This document shows, one piece after another, positions 1-10,951 of a stretch of DNA of 64,000 nt. The notes under the pieces are model-generated. The model did no database searches, was not told where the DNA came from, and was given only the letters and a program-made list of their open reading frames with translations. The DNA comes from Psammoneis japonica (taxonomy: Eukaryota), in NCBI GenBank assembly GCA_008632985.1, contig QPGO01000030.1, positions 557,135 to 621,134 of the forward strand, read 5' to 3'. The position numbers and the translations under genes are program-made. Each line of letters opens with the position of its first letter. Position 1 is the first letter of the stretch.

Positions 1-255
1 GTCATTGGTGCTGCCGTAGCTATGATTGGGTCGCATTTTTTATTTTTCTGATGGAATAATTAGAAAACATTTCATTGGCTTGGTCTATGACATTTGGTTC
101 TGTTCTCATGCATTAGACTACCGTACACGACACGAATAGCTGTTGAGAGGCAGCGTTGTTTTAAAACGAAGGAAGCTGCGGCTCATTTTAGGAAGAAAAC
201 GAAAGTGCTTGCGAGGAAACGAGATGATCTCCTCTGCTAGAGAGCCAAAGAACTG

Positions 256-1356
256 TTACAGTTTAGACGAAAGATATGACTGTGGTTTGAACGGGCGAGG
301 GGCTTTGCTTTCAAGATGATGAGGGTCCTTTCTCTCAAGGAGAATAACAGCACGGCCTCGATCAAGAACAATTTCGTCACTTAGCAGGATGGATACAGTA
401 AAAAGTAATTCAACTTTCGACAACCCCCGTTGTCTAGGCGTTCCCTCCCAGACTCGTATTCGTAATGCGTCGCCAACAAAGACAGGCTTCGTGAAGTTCC
501 CAGAAAGATGGTGAATGAAACACTCCTCTGGAATATCAACATACTGAATGATGGCACGTGTAGCGATTCCCATGGTGCAAAGACCATGAAGTATCGGTCG
601 CGACCCATCGCCTAAGAGCTTCGTCGCTGCTGATGGATCCACGTGAATAGAATTTGAATCACCGCTTGCGATTCGGTACAGAAGAGCCTGGGAAGGAGTT
701 GTAGTGTATGTCCACTCAAAGTCAGGTTGACCGTCCGTCACATCAACATGTATTTGGTTTCGTTGATACCTGTCTGATTTCATCGCTTGGAAAGGAATAA
801 CATCATCAGGTGAAACACCCATAACAAGTGCTGTTGACTTCATTGTGCATAATCGGGTTTGAGCTTCACTAACAACTTCAGTCTCCGTTGTGACAAAGGT
901 TCCTAGCTTCTTAGGCAACACGGAACAAAAATGCGAACGCAGTATCGTCGAAACCGGGAGTTCGATCATCTTGCCATCACTGCTTGTGCGCGCCGTTGGC
1001 AGTGGTCTATGCCACGTAATGGACTGATGCACATGGATAACAGGGAGGTTGCTCGACAATTCACCTTTTAGAAGACTCTTCGGAATGACACCCATTTTGC
1101 GCATTAAAACTGGTGGAAAAGGCTTGATTCGATCAGACGCGCCTTTCTCTTCATCGGCCCAAAACGAGAGCGCGAGACAGAATGTAGGAACAGCTTCGAA
1201 CGAGGGATGGCGTTCATACAAGAAGCAAAGCTCATGATGCTTATCAGGATCGGAACCAAAACCAACTGCCAATGCATAAAGTATCAAGTCCTTTGTTGTG
1301 TAGGTTGCCTTCAACTCGACCGAACGTCTCAAATCTGAATCGACCGCGTCCATCAC
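256..1356 (-). CDS. Peroxisomal enoyl-CoA hydratase 2 (MaoC/MFE-2 hydratase-2 family)
   Basis: N-terminal 'DLILYALAVG', hydratase-2 motif 'LYRIASGDSNSIHVDP', 'PILHGLCTMG', 'FTKPVFVGD'; ends in SKL (PTS1). Exact start Met uncertain. Confidence 0.9.
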   Translation of the reverse strand: MMDAVDSDLRRSVELKATYTTKDLILYALAVGFGSDPDKHHELCFLYERHPSFEAVPTFCLALSFWADEEKGASDRIKPFPPVLMRKMGVIPKSLLKGELSSNLPVIHVHQSITWHRPLPTARTSSDGKMIELPVSTILRSHFCSVLPKKLGTFVTTETEVVSEAQTRLCTMKSTALVMGVSPDDVIPFQAMKSDRYQRNQIHVDVTDGQPDFEWTYTTTPSQALLYRIASGDSNSIHVDPSAATKLLGDGSRPILHGLCTMGIATRAIIQYVDIPEECFIHHLSGNFTKPVFVGDALRIRVWEGTPRQRGLSKVELLFTVSILLSDEIVLDRGRAVILLERKDPHHLESKAPRPFKPQSYLSSKL

Positions 1357-1669
1357 TAACTATCTCAAGAACGCGCTTCTCTCTCTTCTTTGCTTGTCTG
1401 TACGAGAAACGAGAATCGCGATATGACAAAATGACAAACCTTGTTAATCTTGCTGCGATACCTTAGTGGCTCACCTATCCACAATCTCATGTCACAGCGA
1501 ACGAGGCACTAACGACAACTTCCCTCCACCCTAACAAGAAATAACAGCAAGGAGGCGGGATGATCCCTGGACAACACACAACACAACACTCCCCTCCCCC
1601 CAGCTCAGGGATGCTTCTCGCAAAAGCGATCAACGCCTTAAGTGGAGTCTTGAACCACGACTACCCCAG

Positions 1670-1693
1670 AAAATACCAGGTTTACCCCAGAAA
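1670..1693 (+). repeat. Left target-site duplication AAAATACCAGGTTTACCCCAGAAA
   Basis: Identical to 4922-4945; preceded by partial unit TACCCCAG (1662-1669). Confidence 0.9.
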
Positions 1694-4600
1694 GCTGCTC
1701 TTACTCTTTGAAGCTCTCATTCTTGCTCCTGTCCCGCCACGCTCCAAGTTTGGCCCTACCATTGCCTCCCGCTTGTCCCTCTTCCGCCGTGGCTGCATTC
1801 GCCAACTCTACCACGAAGCCTGCTCCCATGCGCCGCGCCTCTCCTCATCTTCCCCCGACTTTTCTGCTTCCGCCTGTTGCTGCTCCGCTCAAGTCTGCGC
1901 CGACGAAGATGACTTTCACTCGGCCTGCTCCAAGCTCACCTCTGCGCTTCCTGTTGCTGCCGTTACTCCTGAGCGCCTTCCTGCCATCCTCAAGCTCTAC
2001 CCTCCTCGCCTGCACCCCTCCGACCCACCTGATCCTCCTTCAACTCGCTCGGCCTCCTCCCTTCACAATGAGCCTGTTGAGCTCTCCTCCGATGCTCTTC
2101 TTTCCGCTCTCTCCAAATGTAAGCCTGGGACTGCTGCCGGTGTCTTTGCTGATTCTACCGACCTTTTCAAGTCCTGCGCCCTCCATTCTGCCAAAACCCC
2201 AACAGGTGTTGCTCAACGCCCCTGCTTGTCATCCTTTCGTGAGCTTGTCCTTCTTCTGCTCCATGGCTCCATTCCTTCCTCAGTCCATTCCTTATTTGCT
2301 TCGAACTACTTTGTCGCTCTGCATAAAGATGCCAGCGACCTCAACAAACTTCGCCCCATTGGCGTCGGCACTGCTCTTCGTCGCATTGCCGGCTCCGTCG
2401 TCATGACTCTCTTTGGTTCTGCATTTGCCGAATGCCTCCTCCCAGATGGCCAATTTGGCATTGGTGTCAAAGGTGGCCTCGATTATCTCATTCACTCTGC
2501 TCTTGCCAACATTGAACGACATCTTTCTTCTGCCGACTCTGCCAAGGCTCTTCTTCTTCTTGACCTCGTCAACATGTTCAACGAAGCATCCCGAGATGCC
2601 TGTCGACACGTTCTCACCTCCACCCCTGCCTTCCATCCTCTGCTTCCTTTTTTTGACCTTCTGTGTCAAAGTTCCAATGCATGTTGGCATCGCCGACCCG
2701 ATTCTTCCTGGGGCTCCTTTCTTCAAGAAGAGGGATTTGCCCAAGGATGCCCTCTCGGCCCTGTCTTCGCCAGCCTGGTCCTCTCTCTGGTTCTTCGTCC
2801 GATTAACCAAGAGCTTCAAGAACGTATCCCTGGCCGTTCCTCTGTCTCAGTTGGCTCCTACATTGACGATGCTCACGCTTTCCTTCCCCATTCTGTGGCT
2901 CCCATGGTTCCTTGAACGCTTCTCCGCCCTCGGTGCCCCCTGCGGAATCTCCCTCAACCTCCGTAAAACCAAGATCCTCACCTCCATTGCTGGTGTTAGC
3001 CCCATCCCTGCTCTTCCCCCTTCCCGCGCCGATTCTCTCCGTGCTGCACTTTCCTTCTTAAACCCCACCAATGACCCCTCTTACAACCCCGAACTCACCT
3101 CTGGTGTTCGCTTCCTTGGACAGCCCCTCGGCTCCCACGACTTCGCCACCTCTTTCCTTTCCGACACTTCCTCCACTCTCTCCGACAAAGTTGACATGCT
3201 TCTCACCCGTCTCCATGACAAACAAACCCAGGCTCAACTCTTCAAGCACTGTTTTGTTCCATCCTCTGCTCACCTCCTTGGAGCTGACTTCCACTGCAAC
3301 TTCGACCCCGACAATCCTCCCGACCCCTTTCTCTGGACCTCTCCGTTTCAAGATTTCCTCCTCACCGTTGCTCACCGCTTTCTACACTACGTCACTTCCT
3401 TCGCCGCTCCTTTTCCCGACCATTCTATTGCCATCGCCTTCCTTCCTGCCTCCTCAGGCGGGTTTGGTCTCCGGGACCCAACAGCTGCCGCCATTCCTTC
3501 CTTCTTGGTGTCGCTTCTCCGCTCGTTCCGCTTTGCTTCGCACGGTGTCAGCCTGCCATCTGGCGCTTCTGTTTCCCTTCCGCGCTGCTTTCGGCTCTCC
3601 CTGTCTTCCTGGTCCAACCCTCGCTCTTCCCTGCGACTCCACACGCTCTTCCACCGTTGTGCTCCCGTTCTGGCTTCCGCCTCTGCCCTTTCCTCTTCTT
3701 CCTTGGCCACCCTGGTTAAATCGGCCACTCTCCCCGGCCTGGCCCGTCGTCTCCACCATGAACATCAGCAACAAGCAGTGACCTCCATCCTTGCTAACTC
3801 ATCTTACGACGTGCAATCTTCACTCCCCTCATTGCTGTCTCCGCTTACAAGCCTCCCTCTTCATTCCTTCTCTCGTCGCTTTCCAAGCTCCCGCCTTTCT
3901 TCGGACGCCTGCGCTGTTGCCGCCCTTCGTAAGCTTCGTCTCCCCATCCTTCCTCCGTCCCTTGTCAACACTCCCTGTCCCTGTGGCCATGCCATTCTGG
4001 ATGCCTGTGGTGATCATGCCTTTTCTTGCCGCCGTGCTCACAAGTCCAAGCTTTCCAATGGTCTCCGTGACGCTGTTTTCATCCTTGCCCAAACTTTGGG
4101 TCCTCTTGCAGAGTTCTGTCGATCCCCCAATGACGTTCATCTTGAACCCACCAACCTGCTCCCCACCCGCCTGCTTCTCCGTCCCGCCAATGTCGGCATT
4201 TCAATCCCCCCTCCCGCCTCCCTTTCTGCTCCCTCCCGCCATCACTGCATTGCAGTGGACGTCACCGTCCCTCAAGCTTCCTCTCGCCCTCCTCCAGGTC
4301 TGCCTGCCCCCTCTTCTCCTGTCTCAACTGAGGCACACCACTCGAGCGCGAGATTGAAGTTTCTTGGCCCCTCCACTTCCTCTGCCGATGGATCCCTTGT
4401 TGTTTCTTCGCTTGACAACAATGGCATCTTCCTGCTCCCCTTCACTGTAGATCACCTTGGTGGTCTCGGCTGCTTTGCCCACCGCTTGCTCTTTGGTTCT
4501 GCATCCCCCTCCGTCTGCTCTCAGCCCAAGCCACCCTGGTCCTCTTCCTCTGACCTTCGTCACTCCGATGCCTCCTGCTCCGCCTTCCTCTGCGCTTTGT

Positions 4601-4921
4601 CGTCTCCGTCTGCAGTCCTTCCCTCTGCTGACTCCGCATGGCGTCGCCTGTCCGCCGATCGCTTTGGAAGCACCCCACCGCACAGCCACCCCATCCCAGT
4701 GGGCCACCCAAACTCTTGGCTGCAACGTTGTTCTTCACCTTTCTACGCACATCCTCCGATTCACCTCCTCTCTCCCTGCCCCCTCCTCACCCATGCCTTC
4801 CACAAAACGCCCTTCGTCTTGCGTCCTTCGACCCTTTTACTCTGCCGTCTCTACAGCCACCTCCGTGCCTCCCTCTGCTGTTACCTTCCGCTCTACATAG
4901 GCTTCCTTAATCTTCTATTTT
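1694..4921 (+). mobile_element. 5'-truncated non-LTR retrotransposon, RLE type (CRE-like clade), frameshifted
   Basis: RT motifs LRPIGVGTALRR, QFGIGVKGG, LDLVNMFN, GFAQGCPLGP, SYIDD, GISLNLRKTK, GVRFLGQPLG, LPASSGGFGL. Zn knuckle CPC..DACGDHAFSC. RLE motifs RPAN(D)..AVDVTV..LLPFTVDHLGGLG. Frame switches near 2900 and 4675. Flanked by a 24-bp direct repeat. Sense strand is strongly C/T-rich. Confidence 0.9.
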
Positions 4922-4970
4922 AAAATACCAGGTTTACCCCAGAAAATGCCAGGTTTTACCCCAGAAAATG
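4922..4970 (+). repeat. Right TSD (4922-4945) within a ~21-bp minisatellite AAAATRCCAGGTTT(T)ACCCCAG
   Basis: aaaataccaggtttaccccag-aaaatgccaggttttaccccag-aaaatg. Confidence 0.9.
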
Positions 4971-5690
4971 CTAGCTAGGTGCAAACGTTCGCAACACCGT
5001 TCGCGTCATCGCAACGTTACCCCCTTGCAGCGACAATAGACAATATCGCGCTTTCGCACGCCCTCTGTTGGACGTATTATTGTTAGGCGCTCGAACTGTG
5101 AAAACAAGACAATCTTTCATTCATTCGCTCGTTCGCTCGTTTTCATTCGCATGAATACCGTGTATGGAAATACCCCCCGATCCCCGTGAAGTGTTCCATA
5201 CGACGTAGAATTCACATAGTTGTTGGAATACCTCTTACAATTAGGGGAAGTCTTCTGGATGTGACTGAGTCCCTACCGGTACTCTGAGGCCCTACCGGCA
5301 AAGAAACGCATCACGTGACCAGAACTAAACTGTCGCCCTGCTTCGGACGGTACCGGTATGGAAGGCGTCTCTAGCTAGTAGAGCCTAGCTACACGGTTCG
5401 TGCAACATACAGTTCCTAGTTCTACGTTGCTCGAGCAAAGAGCAGAAACCGCTAGCTCTAGTAGAGGGCCCTCTCTAGAGGTAAGCTACCTACTCCAGGG
5501 AGGTGCATTCTCTTTCTAGCTATGCTTTGAATACGAGTAGTCGTACTAGCCTGCCATCTTTTCTACTAGTAGCTACCGGAGGAGGAGCAACCGTCCATTG
5601 GCTATTTTTTAACACGTGATTACGAATACCGGTATGTCATCCTGTGGGTGGCATTTTGTTCCTTGCAGCGAAGTCTCAAGAACACTCCTG

Positions 5691-7058
5691 TTATGATCGA
5701 TATGAATGCAACTGAATTCTATTCTTCAGCATGGAAGTTACCATCCATGTGATACCCATTCCGACAACAGAGCCTGCCACTTCGAGAGCTACAGTTCGAA
5801 CTCGCCGCCAGTAAAGCTCCCGTTCGATTTGTAATCTCTTTTCTTTTAGCATTTCGTGCGTTCGAATGGCGGCTTCTGCACCCGACAAATGCGAAGATTC
5901 ACCATTCCAGTGATTTGAGATGTAGTCGAAGTGCTTCTCCACCACAAATCCGACGAGATTATCCTCCAAGGCGTCAACTCCAACGCTAGACTCCGGTTTT
6001 GTCACCTCATGCAGCGGCCAATTGGATACTTCTGCATGCACTGTATCTCCGTGAGGTGGGTGCAGAATCCATACTTTCTTGTGTCTACTTTTCAATAAGT
6101 TCCCAATCACCATGTGGACCCCGTATCGTTCAACAGCCCGTTCAGCTTTGCGACGCAAAATCGTCTTGTCGGTTTCGAGCTTGAAGCTAACCACGAATGC
6201 ATCTGGAGCCCAAGACTGGCGCAACAACCCAATGGCTTTTGGAACAGGATAAAGCTTCAATACAAGCCCTGGCTCTTTCTCCCCGCTATCACTTTGGATC
6301 TTGTGTTGGCTTTTTAATGAGTCGGGAATATAAAAGTCGCTCACTGCTGCTGCCAAGTAAATAATAGCTAAAGCTTGGCTGTCTCGCAACGATTCTGCGC
6401 ATAGTTGTAACTTCCCTAGGTATTCCTCAACGGAACGAAAGCTGACAGTCATCAGAAGGCCCTCACGTAGCGCTGAAGATTGTGAACGAAGGGCCCACAG
6501 CAACTTCGAGGAATGGACTAAACGTCGATGGAGGGACAGTCCAGTGTCAGAAGAGACTGGTTGTTGCCGTTCATTTGACTTTGAAGCTGATGCTTCGGTA
6601 AGCCACGGATCTTTATCATCCTCCAATACGGCCTTGACCATCTCATCCTCGTGGTCCTCAGGTTGATCAGGATCTCCTGCAAATAAAAGTCCTATGCTGT
6701 CAACGTTCAATCCGTGATTCGGTTGAGAGACACCTAAACATTCGCTAAGGACACGAGAGTACGGAGCGGCGCTCCCAATACGACGCAAATGAATCACAGC
6801 ATAGCCTCGTTTCAAAAACTCTTCCACAGATACCGCTCCACGAAGCCCAGTTGAAAAATTGTCAAGGCATCGCACCGAATTCACCTCCAAATCAGCCGCG
6901 GTCCCTCCTGAAGTTACGAGGGCGACTGGACGGTGATGCGAAGCGTGCCTCACAACGAACGACTGCAAAGAAAACTTCAATTCGTCCTTTTCTTTAGTAT
7001 TCAAGTGTCTTGTGAAAGAAGCCTGCTCGCTTGACGACTCAGCTGTGTCACTCGCCAT
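5691..7058 (-). CDS. PPCS: Phosphopantothenate--cysteine ligase (PPCS/CAB2)
   Basis: VALVTSGGT..LEVNSVRCLDNFSTGLRGA, YLAAAVSDFYIP, HKIQS, FVVSFKLETD, VIGNLL; first likely ATG at 7058. Confidence 0.92.
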   Translation of the reverse strand: MASDTAESSSEQASFTRHLNTKEKDELKFSLQSFVVRHASHHRPVALVTSGGTAADLEVNSVRCLDNFSTGLRGAVSVEEFLKRGYAVIHLRRIGSAAPYSRVLSECLGVSQPNHGLNVDSIGLLFAGDPDQPEDHEDEMVKAVLEDDKDPWLTEASASKSNERQQPVSSDTGLSLHRRLVHSSKLLWALRSQSSALREGLLMTVSFRSVEEYLGKLQLCAESLRDSQALAIIYLAAAVSDFYIPDSLKSQHKIQSDSGEKEPGLVLKLYPVPKAIGLLRQSWAPDAFVVSFKLETDKTILRRKAERAVERYGVHMVIGNLLKSRHKKVWILHPPHGDTVHAEVSNWPLHEVTKPESSVGVDALEDNLVGFVVEKHFDYISNHWNGESSHLSGAEAAIRTHEMLKEKRLQIERELYWRRVRTVALEVAGSVVGMGITWMVTSMLKNRIQLHSYRS

Positions 7059-8454
7059 GACCAAAACCCAAAACAAGCTCGAAGAGTTCGGTTCGAGATG
7101 TGCGATGGCTCCAACAATCAACAAATCAAAACAGACGCCAAAAGCCAACAAGAAACCCGGAAAGCTATGACCCTACTTGCCGCCTCCCGCGCGCAGCCCG
7201 CAGCCCGCGCTCTGCCAACACAGAACACCCCCAACACCATGACGACGGTTGTGTGGCAATTCTCAACACCGAGCGAAACGAAGACTTGTTTTGCAACGGA
7301 ACGGGTCTTTACAAATTACCATGGCATTACAAGAATCGGACATCATTTTTAAAGTGAGTGCACTACTCTACTATTGAGAGCATGACTCTTTTGGATGGAA
7401 GCCCCAAGCCCCATATGATTGTTCATCGCGTACTCATTTCTCTCTGTGTTCCTGCGTTCGCACCACATTACTCTCGATAACGCACGTCCCAACCGTTGCG
7501 GTGGTTCGAAACAAGACGGGACAAAAGATGATGGATTTAGGAATGCGTGCGATTGAATGAATTGAAATGGAAAACAATTGGTGGACCAGTGGCGAACAAA
7601 CAAATCGGGCCTGACAATCTACAACGTAGCGGTTGTGTCACTACTTGAATCCAAAACTGCGAAAAAGAAAATGTTCAATCATGCCACTGGAATCACTGCT
7701 TGCCTGCGACTGCGGCTAGTACGATATCGCAGCTACTGTGCAGATAGTGGCTCAAGCAGCTTTGAATCATTTTATACGCTTAAATGAAATGGAGGAATCC
7801 AACTTTTTCTGGCCCAACGACTGGTAAGTGTACGATCGTACCTTGTTGCACAGCCTCAAACCAGGAGAAGGCTTTGGCGTGGCAACGGTTATTCTTCTGG
7901 GCCGCCGTCGCAAGGGCTTTCCGCGTACTGGCGATTCCCACGCGACGCCAAACGGCAGACACGTATCCACCGAACGTGCACGTTTTGAACCTGCATCGAA
8001 TTTTGTACCATCCCAACTGTGACAAAGAAACTGCAGCATTGTACAGTGTAATCAAAGCAGCGAAAGATTTGTGGTTCTAGTTGAACACCGGCAGAAAAAC
8101 TGTTCGAAACGCGTGCCTTATCTCGAAGCATGGACGACATGGCGGGGTCTGATCGTTTCGAGGGACTGGGCCACAGACACGTCTCGGTCGACGCAGCTCT
8201 TTCCCTTTTCCTTGTTGCTCCCACTGCATTGGTCTTGTGATGGGCACATTGCTGGATTGTAGATTTGTGACAAGAATGCCAAGAGAGTACGCTACTACAA
8301 ACAACAACACGGCAAGACCGCATTGGCCGGCTCAAAAAATCCACACCGAACGCTTTGTCCGCTCTTAACCACCGACATTTCTCCGACAGGTCTCATTGCC
8401 CCGCACCAGCATGGGATGACCCAAGACCATCTCCAGTCCTCCAGTATCACCCAC

Positions 8455-8732
8455 CACCTCCACAGGTTGCATCTAAAAGATTACGCTCTGCTCCACAATG
8501 AACCGTAAAGCCAGCTTTTCTTGAAGCACCGTGCGACGGTTTCAAGATTGGAAGCAGCGACATTCAAAGTGCCGGTGGAGTAGCGATTTATCTTGCGTTT
8601 GCTTCATTCTGTGCGCAACTGATTGCAATGGCGTCTGTAGAATGCTTACTTCCACCTATGTTTCTTTCCAGTATCTGAAGACTCGGGTCTCACTCGTCTC
8701 GCTAGAGAGCCATCTCTTGGAACCTGTGCTGA
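8455..8732 (+). repeat. Dispersed repeat copy A (unclassified non-autonomous element)
   Basis: About 280 bp colinear with 12265-12542; both end in TCTCTTGGAACCTGTGCTGA. Confidence 0.85.
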
Positions 8733-9056
8733 AAAACGCATCTCGATCGGTGGCAAGGGTACGCGGTATTATAGTTTTTATCATTCGATGGAGCACCCCG
8801 CAAATTCAGCGGCCGGTCGTCACCAAAAGTATACCGGTCCAAAGTCTACGTGATCTCGGTGCCATGGAATAATAGTGTCTGTTTCGTGGTAATCGTTGTG
8901 CTTTCACTAATGCTGTCCTTTCGGCTTTTGGCAAGAATGAAATCGATGTTGTCATTAACGTGGCTGGGGGGCATGGTGCTATTTCTGCACTCATGCTTGT
9001 TACTACATCCGCGAACGATGCTGTCGTCATAGATCCAGCAAAGGTTGGAAACGGAG

Positions 9057-9176
9057 GCGTTTGGACCATACTATATCGGAAAAATTCTCCGCTACCGGCA
9101 AGAGTGCTTGCGGAAAAAAAGCGTTTGGACCATACTATCGGAAAAATTCTCCGCTACCGGCAAGAGTGCTTGCGGA
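9057..9176 (+). repeat. Direct duplication (58 bp + A6 spacer + 56 bp)
   Basis: gcgtttggaccatacta(ta)tcggaaaaattctccgctaccggcaagagtgcttgcgga occurs twice, separated by aaaaaa. Confidence 0.9.
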
Positions 9177-10951
9177 CAGGACTTCCGGAGGAGTTGAAGT
9201 TGCAACTAGGAAAGACTAGCAGAAGGCGCATCTTAGTGATCGCGTGTCATGCATGTCAACACCTTTCAGATGAAACTGTTCGCATTGCAATCGCTTTTGG
9301 CGTCCGTGTCGCAGTCATGCCTTGTTGTCAGAAGGACCAATCGCCGGGGCTTCCTGGAAGGCTGCGAGCAAGAATCTTTCGATTCCTGTTGAAACTGTCA
9401 TGGACATTTTACTCGCTGGTAAAGCCATGTCATGGGATATTGGTGCCTCATACGATATACAGAACAGAATCATTGTTTGCCGCGCAAAGGATGATGGTAT
9501 AGCTTCGACAACTACCCTGTCAGTTGAAAAGGCACACGAGAAGCTGCAGCAAGTGTATAAGAAGGCACACAGCAACAGCCAGAGGGAGAAGAGTCAATAT
9601 GGTACAAAAGTGACACGTGTTTCATACCAATGCCTTGCGAGTGGCGCTCTAGGATTCGCAAGTTGTTTCTTGGTGATGTGTTTGTATCGAAGAAAATAAG
9701 TCTCCAATTTGGATGCCCGAAACCGCGTCGTCCTACAGTGCAAAGAGGCAGGAGGATAGCGTGCCTTTCCGGCACCCTTAGGAGTAGGCAAAATGTTTTT
9801 CTGAAAGAGGTTGTTCGTAATCTAGTTGCTCGCGAGTCAACCCGTTTGAGCATCACGACCTCTGCTTGATGAATCATCGTCACTGGAGCAGCAAGGGTCC
9901 GACATATGAATCGATTTCTCGTCTGAACCAAGGTTTAAGATACCTGCAATTCTCTTGTCCCCTACATAAAGGACTAATCATGCTGGAGTCTTGCGGGGGG
10001 GATCGTAGGAGAGGACGACGGTACCTGGGTATGGGAACTTCACGGATTCTCATCGCCGAGCTTATCATCTGCTGTGCTACAGCAAACGGACAGTAAGGAA
10101 GCAAACCAGGACAGAAGTTACCAGCTCTCCCCAAGGGAATGTATCGAAATGTGATGGTGTTTGGTATTGGAGAGGACGGTCGAAATGCGCCTCGAGAAGG
10201 TAGAGTACACACGCGAAAAGTCCAGGCTACTGTATTGCCGCCACTGTTACAACAACCGAATTGGATCCGAGATTTAGTTCCAACAATGGTAAACATTTGT
10301 CTCGTTTCTACTTTTGTAACGCGTTAGGGCTGCTCTAGCAGAATGTCTCGTACCGTGGCCTATAACATGTCGGCAAATCGGATTGCGCACAATTACATTT
10401 CCAGTAGATGCCTTTTCAAGCTACAAGTCAACTAATGGTGCGCACCAAATACGCAAGGCAGTACCCGTTAACCAATGTTGGTGATTGCAAATAAAAGGGC
10501 AAGCGACGTCGGTTCTAGCTAGAGGAGCCATAGCAAAAGAAAGAATGGTGATTTTGATGTTGAGTAGGATTGCTCTATATTATATTTCCTTTTTTTGTTC
10601 TAAATTGCTGGATAGAGTAGAATTCTTCCCTTGATTACCAGTACTTCCCAACAACGATACAAATCGCATATTGAACTCTATGATCCGATGAGCTGGTCAC
10701 CACCGACTGATTCTTTTCAGTTGCTTCACCAAAATGGATCACGGTATCAGAGATACCTCTTCTTAAGAAGTAGAATTCTTCCGCAGTTTCGTCACGTTGC
10801 TACGAGTCGGTAAACCAGAAACTCAGAAACTCCATTCAATCCCATTGTAAGTTGCAATCCTTCCCTCGAGAACCCCTCTTGAAAACGTAGTGATGCCATA
10901 ACACAAATAGACTCTGCCGCAGGATGAATATTGACTGACCCCTGTTTGTCC

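Larger units (their letters stand above)
7784..9699 (+). pseudogene. Degraded SAM-dependent methyltransferase-like gene
   Basis: Motifs VINVAGGHGAIS, VVIDP, ILVIACHACQHLSD, AVMPCC. Lesions: in-frame stops (8078, 8870-8875), repeat insertion ~8340-8732, ~56-bp duplication at 9057-9176, frameshift ~9345. C-terminal TM. Assignment of the 5' part (7784-8330) is less sure. Confidence 0.65.

Noticed and set aside
1662..1693. TTTACCCC as a telomeric repeat
   Set aside because: Not a CCCTAA/CCCTAAA array; the unit is ~21 bp with only 2-3 copies.
1708..4910. Many overlapping Pro/Ser/Leu-rich or Gly/Arg/Glu-rich ORFs on both strands of the retroelement
   Set aside because: Shadow frames caused by C/T skew and scarcity of TA-containing stops; only the RT/RLE frames carry motifs.
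8720..8735. Helitron assignment for the dispersed repeat (ends in CTGA = CTRR)
   Set aside because: Neither copy is followed by T, and no clear subterminal hairpin or 5' TC was identified.
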